From assembly GCA_002840365.1 (NCBI GenBank), contig PHAO01000001.1, positions 367,514 through 431,513 of the forward strand: 64,000 nucleotides of DNA. The letters run 5' to 3'. Positions within the stretch are counted from its first letter, which is position 1; each line of letters begins with the position of its first letter. The stretch comes from Candidatus Dojkabacteria bacterium HGW-Dojkabacteria-1. Its GTDB lineage: Bacteria; Patescibacteriota; Dojkabacteria; SC72. The notes below the pieces were generated by a model. The model saw nothing but the letters and a program-made list of their open reading frames with translations. It had not been told where the DNA came from and made no database searches. The translations under genes and the position numbers were made by a program. Shown piece by piece: positions 39,412-46,987 of the stretch.

Positions 39412-41469
39412 TTAAATACTTTCATTAAATTGCATACCATCAATATATCCTGCTTCTGCATCACACTTAGGACAGTATGTATGCTCACCAGGCATATATC
39501 CATGTTTTGGACAAACACTAAAAGTAGGGGTTATAGAGAAATATGGTAATTTATAGTTCTCTGCAACCTTTTTTACAAAATTTTTTACACTATTTATAGA
39601 AGGCATACGCTCTCCTAAAAAGATATGTAGAACTGTTCCACCTGTATACTTGCACTGGAACTCATCCTGTAAGTCTAAAGCCTCAAAAACATCGTCTGTG
39701 AAGCCCACCGGAAGCTGAGAGGAGTTAGTATAATAGGGAGCAGAACCTCTCTTTTGACCAATATCAGAGGCTGCAATAATATCATCGCCAAATTTGTTCT
39801 TATCAGCTTTTGCAAATCTATACGTAGTACTCTCTCCAGGTGTAGCTTCAAGGTTGAATAATTGATTGGTCTCAATTTGATAAGTCATTAATCTCTCTCT
39901 CATATAGTCCATAACTTTAAGACCAAACTCTCTACCCTCCTTTGTAGTAATATCTTTTCCTAAGAAGTTCACTAAAGCCTCATTAAGACCAAGAATACCA
40001 ATAGTATTAAAATGATTTTTAAAGTATTCTTTAAATCTCTTCTTTATATCTGTTAAGTAGAACTTGGAATATGGATACAATCCCATTTCCATATATTTTT
40101 CAATAGATTTCCTCTTTATCATTAAACTTTCTTTAGAAATATCCATTAGTTCATCAACCCTCTTAAAGAAATCTTTCTCATCTTTAGCAAGATACCCTAT
40201 TCTTGGCATATTTATAGTAACCACCCCAATACTTCCTGTGAGAGGATTTGCTCCAAAAAGACCACCACCTCTCTTTCTTAACTCTCTGTTGTCTAATCTA
40301 AGTCTACAACACATAGATCTCGCATCATCAGGGCTCATATCAGAATTGATAAAGTTTGAAAAGTAAGGAATCCCATACTTTGCAGTCATTTCCCATAGGT
40401 ACTTGTATTTAGGGTTATCCCAATCAAAATCCTTTGTAAGATTGTAAGTAGGGATAGGATATGAGAAAAGCCTTCCTTGAGCATCTCCTTCCATCATTAC
40501 TTCACAAAAAGCCTTGTTAAGCATATCCATCTCCTTTTGGAAATCACCATATTTCTCTTTCTGAGGTTTCCCCCCTATTATCACATTCTCCTTAGCTAAC
40601 ATTCCGTTAGGAACTAAATCCATAGTAATATTTGTAAAAGGAGTCTGACATCCTACCCTCGTAGGTACATTCATATTAAAGAGAAATTCTTGAATCTTCT
40701 GTTTTACTTCCTTGTATGAAAGTTTGTCATATCGAATGAATGGAGCGAGTAGAGTATCAAAACTTGAAAATGCTTGCGCACCTGCGGCTTCATGTTGCAA
40801 AGTATACAGATAGTTAACACACTGACCTAGTGCTGCCCCAAAATGCTTTGCAGGGCCTGAGGAAATCTTCCCTGGAACTCCAGTAAAGCCCTTAAGCAGT
40901 AAATCGTGTAAATCCCATCCCATACAGTAAGTAGCGAGCATCCCTAGATCATGAATATGAATATCTGCGTTAATATGTGCATTTGAGATATGCTTTGGAT
41001 ATATGGTGTATAGCCAATAATTAGCTTGAACAGATGAAGAAATATGGTTATTTAATCCTTGCCAAGAGTATGCCATATTACTGTTCTCTTTCACTCTCCA
41101 GTCTTCTTCTTTGATATATCCCTTTACTAATTGCTCCGCATCAATCAAGGATTTAATATTTTTAACCTTGTTCTTTAAATCAACAAAAAGCTCAAAAGCT
41201 ACAGCTGTCTTTCCATGTCCCATATCCTTAAGTGTTTCTTTGACAACCTTTGCAATGTCTCCAGTTGAAATATATTTCTCTTCTTGGTGTTTTACTCTTA
41301 ATCTTTTAACAACCTCATTAGAAACCTGTTTTGCTCTCTTCCTATCATCTCCTCCCACACTCTCAGCAGCTTTAAATATTCCTGTCGTTATCCTTTCCTG
41401 ATCAAATTCAACTAATCTACCATCTCTTTTCTTTACTTTAAATGATATTAATTCTTTGGCTTTTGCCAT
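39412..41469 (-). CDS. nrdD: Class III anaerobic ribonucleoside-triphosphate reductase catalytic chain (ATP cone, Zn ribbon, no Gly-radical loop)
   Basis: ATP cone VKKRDG; HIHD; YC.GW; RSMCCRL; LEATPGES; YTGGT; CPKHG...CPKC, then stop. Confidence 0.95.
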   Translation of the reverse strand: MAKAKELISFKVKKRDGRLVEFDQERITTGIFKAAESVGGDDRKRAKQVSNEVVKRLRVKHQEEKYISTGDIAKVVKETLKDMGHGKTAVAFELFVDLKNKVKNIKSLIDAEQLVKGYIKEEDWRVKENSNMAYSWQGLNNHISSSVQANYWLYTIYPKHISNAHINADIHIHDLGMLATYCMGWDLHDLLLKGFTGVPGKISSGPAKHFGAALGQCVNYLYTLQHEAAGAQAFSSFDTLLAPFIRYDKLSYKEVKQKIQEFLFNMNVPTRVGCQTPFTNITMDLVPNGMLAKENVIIGGKPQKEKYGDFQKEMDMLNKAFCEVMMEGDAQGRLFSYPIPTYNLTKDFDWDNPKYKYLWEMTAKYGIPYFSNFINSDMSPDDARSMCCRLRLDNRELRKRGGGLFGANPLTGSIGVVTINMPRIGYLAKDEKDFFKRVDELMDISKESLMIKRKSIEKYMEMGLYPYSKFYLTDIKKRFKEYFKNHFNTIGILGLNEALVNFLGKDITTKEGREFGLKVMDYMRERLMTYQIETNQLFNLEATPGESTTYRFAKADKNKFGDDIIAASDIGQKRGSAPYYTNSSQLPVGFTDDVFEALDLQDEFQCKYTGGTVLHIFLGERMPSINSVKNFVKKVAENYKLPYFSITPTFSVCPKHGYMPGEHTYCPKCDAEAGYIDGMQFNESI

Positions 41470-41489
41470 GGCAGTATTTACTTGTAGTA

Positions 41490-41933
41490 TTAAATTAATT
41501 CTTCTAGTTCTTTTTTAAGATCTTTTACTGTTTCGAAATCTTTGTACACACTTGCAAACCTCATATATGCTAATGGATCTAATTCCCTTAGCCAGTCTAA
41601 AACCATATTCCCAATATCTGTAGTAGAAAGTGGGTTTGCGCTTACCATTACTTTCCTTTCTACCTCTTCACAAAAATTATCAATTTCATCCTCTGTAATT
41701 TTAGAAATATCTACAGCTTTTTTAATTCCTTTCTTAAGCTTTTGACAATCAAAATTTTCTAAAGAGCCATCTTTTTTTATTATTACGACATCAACCTTCT
41801 CTATCCTCTCATAAGTTGTGTATCTTCTTCCGCACCTTAAACATTGCCTTCTCCTTCTTGTAGAGAAGTCATCTGTATTATCTCTTTTGTCTACTACCTT
41901 TGATGTAGTACATGCACAGTAGGGACATCTCAT
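41490..41933 (-). CDS. nrdR: Transcriptional repressor NrdR
   Basis: MRCPYC, RRRRQC..C..RYTTYER, ATP cone, AYMRFASVY. Confidence 0.96.
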   Translation of the reverse strand: MRCPYCACTTSKVVDKRDNTDDFSTRRRRQCLRCGRRYTTYERIEKVDVVIIKKDGSLENFDCQKLKKGIKKAVDISKITEDEIDNFCEEVERKVMVSANPLSTTDIGNMVLDWLRELDPLAYMRFASVYKDFETVKDLKKELEELI

Positions 41934-41934
41934 A

Positions 41935-42070
41935 ACCACAATATGTTGTACTTAGTAATCAAGGCTATCCCAACCCGTTGTGTTCGTCAAAGTCCTGTAG
42001 TAGTACCAGTTGGGAGTTATTGGCTACAATATGCTGTATCTTAAAAAAGAGAATACTACTACAGGTTGAG
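41935..42070. promoter_or_regulatory. Four NrdR boxes in two tandem pairs
   Basis: ACCACAATATGTTGTA (41935), ATCCCAACCCGTTGTG (41967), GCTACAATATGCTGTA (42023), ACTACTACAGGTTGAG (42055). Each pair is 32 bp apart, the typical NrdR spacing. Confidence 0.8.
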
Positions 42071-42159
42071 ATATTGAAAATATAGGGTAATTATAAAAGG
42101 ATATTTGCATAAACGATTAATATTTGTTTAAATGACTATTAATGTTTTAAAACTTTCCA

Positions 42160-42669
42160 ATGATTGTAGATTTAAAAGAATTTCCAAAGATTAAAGAAAA
42201 TAACCTTAAAGGTAAAACTATTGTTTGTACATCTGGATACTTTGATCCAATTCATCCAGGACATATCTCTTGTATATTAGAATCAAAAAAATATGGAGAT
42301 ATTTTGGTTGTTGCACTAGATGGCGATACAAGGTGTATTAACAAGAAGGGTAAGCCCTTTATTCCTGCCACAGATAGGGCTGAAATAGTGGATGCAATTA
42401 AGGGTGTAGACTATGTAATAATTCATGAAAATCCTAAGGCAACTAATTGTGCGGAAGTACTAGAAGTAGTTAAGCCAGAAGTATTTACGAAAGGTGGTGA
42501 TAGAGATGATAAAAATAGGAATGACCCAAATAGTGGACTTAAAATTGAAGCAGACTTAATAGAGTCATATGGTGGAAGAATAGAGTATGGAGTAGGAAAA
42601 GAAAAAGTTTGGTCTTCCTCCAATTATTTACAGGAGTGGGTAGATTTTATTAATTCAAAAAACTCTTAA
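42160..42669 (+). CDS. Cytidylyltransferase-like (HxGH) protein
   Basis: SGYFDPIHPGH, KKGKPF, KGGD, SSS. Confidence 0.88.
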   Translation: MIVDLKEFPKIKENNLKGKTIVCTSGYFDPIHPGHISCILESKKYGDILVVALDGDTRCINKKGKPFIPATDRAEIVDAIKGVDYVIIHENPKATNCAEVLEVVKPEVFTKGGDRDDKNRNDPNSGLKIEADLIESYGGRIEYGVGKEKVWSSSNYLQEWVDFINSKNS

Positions 42670-43631
42670 TATACCTCTGTAGCACTTCCACATGATCTAC
42701 CGCCCTTGAGGTACCCAAATATTGAATTCGCTGCTATAGAGCCTTCTGAAGCTGCTGTGACAACCTGCCTGAATCTATTTGAAGCACTTGTACAGTCTCC
42801 TGCTGCCCATATACCATCTAAGCTTGTTGCTTGATTCTCTTCTACCTTTATATATTTCTTTTCATCAAGTTCTAAACCTAGTTTGTTTGCTAAATCTACA
42901 TTTGGAACAGACCCTATTTCAACAAATACCCCATCAGTATCAAGATACTCAGAGCCGTTGTGAGGTCTTGAAAGTTTAATCTTTTCTAATTTTTCCTGAC
43001 CCTCTAATCCAATTAATACGGTAGTGTAAATTATTTCAATATTTTCTTTTGCTTCAACCTGTTCAATCCACATAGGTTCACCCTTAAGTTCTGTACCTCT
43101 ATAAATGAGATATACCTTTTTAGCTATATCTGAAAGCATAGAGGCTGCCATAGTCGCAGCATTGCTACCACCAACTACAGTTACAACCTTGTCTTTAAAA
43201 AACATTGCATCGCATGTGGCACAGTATGAAAGTCCTTTACCAAGAAACCTATCTTCATTTTCTAAATTAAGTTTGTTTCTGTTTGTTCCAATACCTAAAA
43301 TTACTGTTTTTGCAAAATATTCTTTTTGTTTATCCGTTATTAATTTGAATTTATCATCCATTTTCTGAATATCTATGATATGTTCTGAGGAATATTCTCC
43401 ACCCAGTTCTTTTGCTTGTTCGTGGAATTTAATACCCAAATCATACCCACTAATATCTGATACTCCTGGATAGTTACATACCTTGTGAGCTTCTGAAATA
43501 GTACCACCGAGTAATTTTCCAAAAACAATATTACTTAACTTGTATCTACTTGCATATATACTTGCCGAAAAACCTGCAGGACCACTTCCTACTATTGCAA
43601 TGTCATATATTTTGTTTAATGTATCAGGCAT
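42666..43631 (-). CDS. trxB: Thioredoxin-disulfide reductase
   Basis: GSGPAG, SYCATCD, VVGGSNAA, AAGD. Confidence 0.9.
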   Translation of the reverse strand: MPDTLNKIYDIAIVGSGPAGFSASIYASRYKLSNIVFGKLLGGTISEAHKVCNYPGVSDISGYDLGIKFHEQAKELGGEYSSEHIIDIQKMDDKFKLITDKQKEYFAKTVILGIGTNRNKLNLENEDRFLGKGLSYCATCDAMFFKDKVVTVVGGSNAATMAASMLSDIAKKVYLIYRGTELKGEPMWIEQVEAKENIEIIYTTVLIGLEGQEKLEKIKLSRPHNGSEYLDTDGVFVEIGSVPNVDLANKLGLELDEKKYIKVEENQATSLDGIWAAGDCTSASNRFRQVVTAASEGSIAANSIFGYLKGGRSCGSATEVY

Positions 43632-43740
43632 TATATTTAGACTATCAAATTATTACAAAAAATATTCTACCATATATTTGTTCCTTTAAACCAATATTTG
43701 ATATCATTTTATATACTTAAGCCCCAAGATATCCGAACAT

Positions 43741-44661
43741 ATGAATGAAAAAATATATATCGTAGGACACAAAAAGCCAGACTTAGATTCAATATCTTCA
43801 GCACTAGGATATCAGGCATTCAGACACTCTCAGGGGGATTTTAACTACTATGCAATAAGGGGGGACAAAGAAAATCCACTTACTAAATGGGTATTTGAGA
43901 AATATGAAACTAGATTACCAGAGTATATTCCTAATATATCCGGTATGAATATTGTTCTTGTAGACCATACATATCCAGAAAACAGACCTAAGGGTTGGGA
44001 AAAGGCTAATATATTAGAAGTGATTGATCATCATGATGTCAAACTTGAAGATATTTTACCTAAAAGAATATTAATTAGACCTTGTGGTTCAACATCTTCT
44101 TTGATTGCCGAAATGATGTTTGCTTCTAATATGAAAATACCATTTAATATTGCTGGAATTCTTCTATGTGCAATATTAGATGATACTTTAAACTTAGAAT
44201 CTCCAACTACAACAGATTTAGATGTAGATATGGTATACAGATTGGCGCATATTTGTGATATTGAAAGTACAGAAGATTTGTTTAGAGAGATTTTTACAAA
44301 GAAAGATATATGGAATGAAATGAGTCCAAGGGAAATAATTGAGATGGATATGAAAGAGATAGATATTAATGGAAAAAAAGTTTGTATTAGTCAAGTAGAA
44401 ACAATGGGTAATGAGCAAATTGAAAAGAACAAGATTCTTGAAGAATTAACTAAAATTGAGAAAGAAGGTCCTTCCAATTTAAGAATTGTTATGATTACAG
44501 ACCTAATTAAAAAAGAGTGTAACCTCTTAGTTGTAGGTAGTGATATTATCCTTTTTGAGAGTGTATTGGGGGAGAAGATAGTAGGCAATATGATAAATCT
44601 TCCTAATGTTGTAAGTAGAAAGAAACAGATATTACCAATGATTGAGAAAATGTACTCTTAG
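43741..44661 (+). CDS. ppaC: Mn-dependent (family II, DHH) inorganic pyrophosphatase
   Basis: GHKKPDLDS, LVDH, IDHH, SRKKQ. Confidence 0.92.
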   Translation: MNEKIYIVGHKKPDLDSISSALGYQAFRHSQGDFNYYAIRGDKENPLTKWVFEKYETRLPEYIPNISGMNIVLVDHTYPENRPKGWEKANILEVIDHHDVKLEDILPKRILIRPCGSTSSLIAEMMFASNMKIPFNIAGILLCAILDDTLNLESPTTTDLDVDMVYRLAHICDIESTEDLFREIFTKKDIWNEMSPREIIEMDMKEIDINGKKVCISQVETMGNEQIEKNKILEELTKIEKEGPSNLRIVMITDLIKKECNLLVVGSDIILFESVLGEKIVGNMINLPNVVSRKKQILPMIEKMYS

Positions 44662-44668
44662 GATATTT

Positions 44669-44720
44669 AGAGGGTCTCTTGTTTTTGGTATTATGCTTAT
44701 TCAGCAACAAAAGACCCTCT
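44669..44720 (-). repeat. Cassette hairpin A
   Basis: AGAGGGTCT.TTGTT...AACAA.AGACCCTCT; inner GCTTATTCAGC. Confidence 0.8.
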
Positions 44721-44728
44721 TTGAGGGA

Positions 44729-44923
44729 TTATGGCCCTGTTGGGACTCCCTCGAAACGATAATACTCTTTCAATTTCTGCTTATACTGTTCTTTTGCCTT
44801 TTCAGGACAACTGTCGTGGGGAACTCTGTCGGGCTCGAAAGTCCAACAGCTTAAAATAGGCATGCCTACACAGCACAGAGCCGCTAAGGCCAATACAAGT
44901 ATAACTACAACCACTTGTGTCAT
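44729..44923 (-). CDS. Small membrane/secreted protein (cassette 1)
   Basis: GGGAG SD, hydrophobic N-terminus, several Cys. Confidence 0.65.
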   Translation of the reverse strand: MTQVVVVILVLALAALCCVGMPILSCWTFEPDRVPHDSCPEKAKEQYKQKLKEYYRFEGVPTGP

Positions 44924-45013
44924 TTTTTCTCCCGTGAAATAATCAGAATTCTAATACCAAAATGTAATTATCAAATATTAATAACTATATATTGGTATTA
45001 GAAAGAGTATTTT

Positions 45014-45031
45014 AGGACCTTTAATGAGCAA
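45014..45031 (-). promoter_or_regulatory. boxA-like leader motif, cassette 1
   Basis: Sense strand TTGCTCATTAAAGGTCCT. Confidence 0.5.
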
Positions 45032-45084
45032 TATATTCTTAACTATTATATAGATAAGAATAGTGGTAATCATTAAGGGGTCTT

Positions 45085-45148
45085 TGAGGGTCTCATGATA
45101 TATTACTTTCGTAAATATTTAGCGTTTAAGCTAATCACAAGACCCTCA
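45085..45148 (-). repeat. Cassette hairpin B
   Basis: TGAGGGTCT..TGAT...ATCA..AGACCCTCA; inner GCGTTTAAGC. Confidence 0.8.
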
Positions 45149-45163
45149 TTGGCCTATTTAGTT

Positions 45164-45685
45164 TTATGGTAATTTAGTGAAAATCGTCCCTGACAAGGTC
45201 CATACCGGAATTTCCTGAATAGGTTTTGAATCGAAAATAATTTCTCCGAAATTTTTACCTTTTTCAGGATTTGCAACATGCCAGGTTACTCCCATGCGGG
45301 GATCAGTCATGTCTTCACATGTATCTGGGGTGAAGTATAACTTTTCCCTTTGCCTGTCCCAAGGCTGTGCACCACTGATGTTCCAGGAGCATGCTTTGTT
45401 GTTGTTGATGAAGAGTTCTGCACTAATGTGCTGAGTGTCTCCACCTGTGGCAACATAGCGTACCAGAATATAGCTTCCATACGGTGAAGTGGGCTGAGTT
45501 TCTTCAACCTTTTGCTCTACAACAATTTCTTGAATTTCTTGAATTTCTTGAATTTCTTGAATTTCTTGAATTTCTTGAATTTCTTGAATTTCTTGAGTAG
45601 GCTCAGGAACCACTTCCACGATTGAAACGGGCGAACAAGCAGCAAGGGCAAAGGTAAGAACGATAACTAAAAGGATACTTTTCAT
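45164..45685 (-). CDS. Lipoprotein with (QEI)8 linker (cassette 2)
   Basis: GAGGAG SD before ATG 45685; MKSILLVIVLTFALAAC lipobox. Confidence 0.85.
   Translation of the reverse strand: MKSILLVIVLTFALAACSPVSIVEVVPEPTQEIQEIQEIQEIQEIQEIQEIQEIVVEQKVEETQPTSPYGSYILVRYVATGGDTQHISAELFINNNKACSWNISGAQPWDRQREKLYFTPDTCEDMTDPRMGVTWHVANPEKGKNFGEIIFDSKPIQEIPVWTLSGTIFTKLP
45524..45595. repeat. Perfect 9-bp tandem repeat (AATTTCTTG)x8
   Basis: Eight exact copies, in frame, encoding QEI. Confidence 0.97.
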
Positions 45686-45801
45686 CTTTAATCTCCTCAA
45701 TTTTGAATTCCACCAAATGGTGGTTAATACGAACAAAACAAACATCTATAGATATAAATATCTATGTTGTTCGTATTAAAAGGAGTAAATGAAAAAGTAT
45801 A

Positions 45802-45824
45802 TAAATAGGCCTTTTTAAAGAGCA
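45802..45824 (-). promoter_or_regulatory. boxA-like leader motif, cassette 2
   Basis: Sense strand TGCTCTTTAAAAAGGCCTATTTA; TGGTATAAT further upstream. Confidence 0.6.
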
Positions 45825-45930
45825 GTATATTCTTTAATGTATTAAAACAGAAAAGAATAATAGGCTATTAACCTATACATACATTATACCACATTACTAT
45901 AGGTTTATAAAGATAGGGGGTATTTGATCT

Positions 45931-45983
45931 GAGAGAATCCCTTGTATTTTGTTAATGCTAAAAAAGCTACAAGGGATTCCCTT
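45931..45983 (-). repeat. Cassette hairpin C
   Basis: GAATCCCTTGTA...TACAAGGGATTC; inner GCTAAAAAAGC. Confidence 0.8.
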
Positions 45984-45988
45984 AAGAC

Positions 45989-46321
45989 CTATTTCTTGAA
46001 TATATCAACTTCGAACAGAGAACTATCAATTCGTACCTTTGCAATTTTTGAAGAGGTGTCAAATTCCATGCTTATATTGGGAGCATCATCGTTGCACTCG
46101 ACTACATAGAAAGGATTCTTCCCTTCCGCAATTTCGTAGTGCAAAAGCCCCCAAACACAGATTGACACATCATTCTCAAATACTTCTACTCGAGTTTCTC
46201 TACCATTTATAGGTTCCACCACTTCAGTATAAACCCTGAAAGAGTAGCTTGGATTCAATTGGGCACCTGTACTACAGCCCGAAATCAAAATTACGAATAC
46301 TACTAAAATCCACTTTTTCAT
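45989..46321 (-). CDS. Small lipoprotein (cassette 3)
   Basis: GGAG SD; MKKWILVVFVILISGC lipobox. Confidence 0.85.
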   Translation of the reverse strand: MKKWILVVFVILISGCSTGAQLNPSYSFRVYTEVVEPINGRETRVEVFENDVSICVWGLLHYEIAEGKNPFYVVECNDDAPNISMEFDTSSKIAKVRIDSSLFEVDIFKK

Positions 46322-46352
46322 TTTACATCTCCAACAATCTGTTTCTGAAAAA

Positions 46353-46373
46353 AAATAGGTCTTTTAAAGAACG
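46353..46373 (-). promoter_or_regulatory. boxA-like leader motif, cassette 3
   Basis: Sense strand CGTTCTTTAAAAGACCTATTT, just downstream of TATAAT. Confidence 0.6.
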
Positions 46374-46426
46374 ATCTATTATACTACTACACTATGGGTT
46401 AATAAAGGGCTTTGAATGAGGATCAA

Positions 46427-46471
46427 AAGGAGGGTATCGAAGCATTTAAGCTGAAAGAAGATACCCTCCTT
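46427..46471 (-). repeat. Cassette hairpin D (terminator-like)
   Basis: AAGGAGGGTATC...GATACCCTCCTT; inner GCATTTAAGC; short U run on the minus strand. Confidence 0.8.
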
Positions 46472-46479
46472 AAGACCTG

Positions 46480-46830
46480 TTACCTTGTGAAAGTTATGAA
46501 TCCCTCCTCTGACCATGGGTCTCCAACAGGAGTAATCCTTATGTCTTGGGCTGTTTCAAATGTGCAACCTGCGAACTCCGTTGAGTATCTTTTCCCAAGT
46601 TTCTCTACAAAGGTTTTTACCCCTCTGCAGTTAACAACAGCAATGAGTTTGTACTCACTACTATTCCAGGAAAAGGTTCCCGTCTGAGTCATGCTGTTCA
46701 TTATGGCATTAGCTTTAGCTTCTCCAATCATAATATTTTGATTGGTATAGTGATTCAACATTGCAAAGCCAATTATAATGCCAATCCCAAGAACAAATAC
46801 CAATATCAGAATTCCAGTTCGTTTATTCAT
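46480..46830 (-). CDS. Small membrane-anchored exported protein (cassette 4)
   Basis: AAAGGA SD, N-terminal TM, two Cys. Confidence 0.8.
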   Translation of the reverse strand: MNKRTGILILVFVLGIGIIIGFAMLNHYTNQNIMIGEAKANAIMNSMTQTGTFSWNSSEYKLIAVVNCRGVKTFVEKLGKRYSTEFAGCTFETAQDIRITPVGDPWSEEGFITFTR

Positions 46831-46924
46831 TTCATATCCTTTCTATATTCCACCGGAGTGGTTGATTCATATCAAATATCCATATAATAAATATCAGATA
46901 TGAACCAACCGAGTGGAATAGGTG

Positions 46925-46945
46925 AACAGATCTTTTAAAGAACAA
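46925..46945 (-). promoter_or_regulatory. boxA-like leader motif, cassette 4
   Basis: Sense strand TTGTTCTTTAAAAGATCTGTT, preceded by hairpin CCCCAC-TTA-GTGGGG. Confidence 0.6.
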
Positions 46946-46987
46946 CCCCCACTAAGTGGGGATTAAAGGTATTAAAACCATAAGGGA

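Noticed and set aside
39394-39414. nrdD stop as a sequencing error, readthrough or alternative genetic code
   Set aside because: Two in-frame stops (TAA and TAG) followed by a fresh ATG; other genes terminate normally with all three stop codons.
45524-45595. CRISPR array
   Set aside because: Contiguous 9-bp units with no spacers, inside a CDS; no cas genes.
44669-46987. Classical integron cassette array (attC)
   Set aside because: The hairpins lack RYYYAAC/GTTRRRY cores, no intI is in the window, and the units have their own promoters. Retained only as an analogy.
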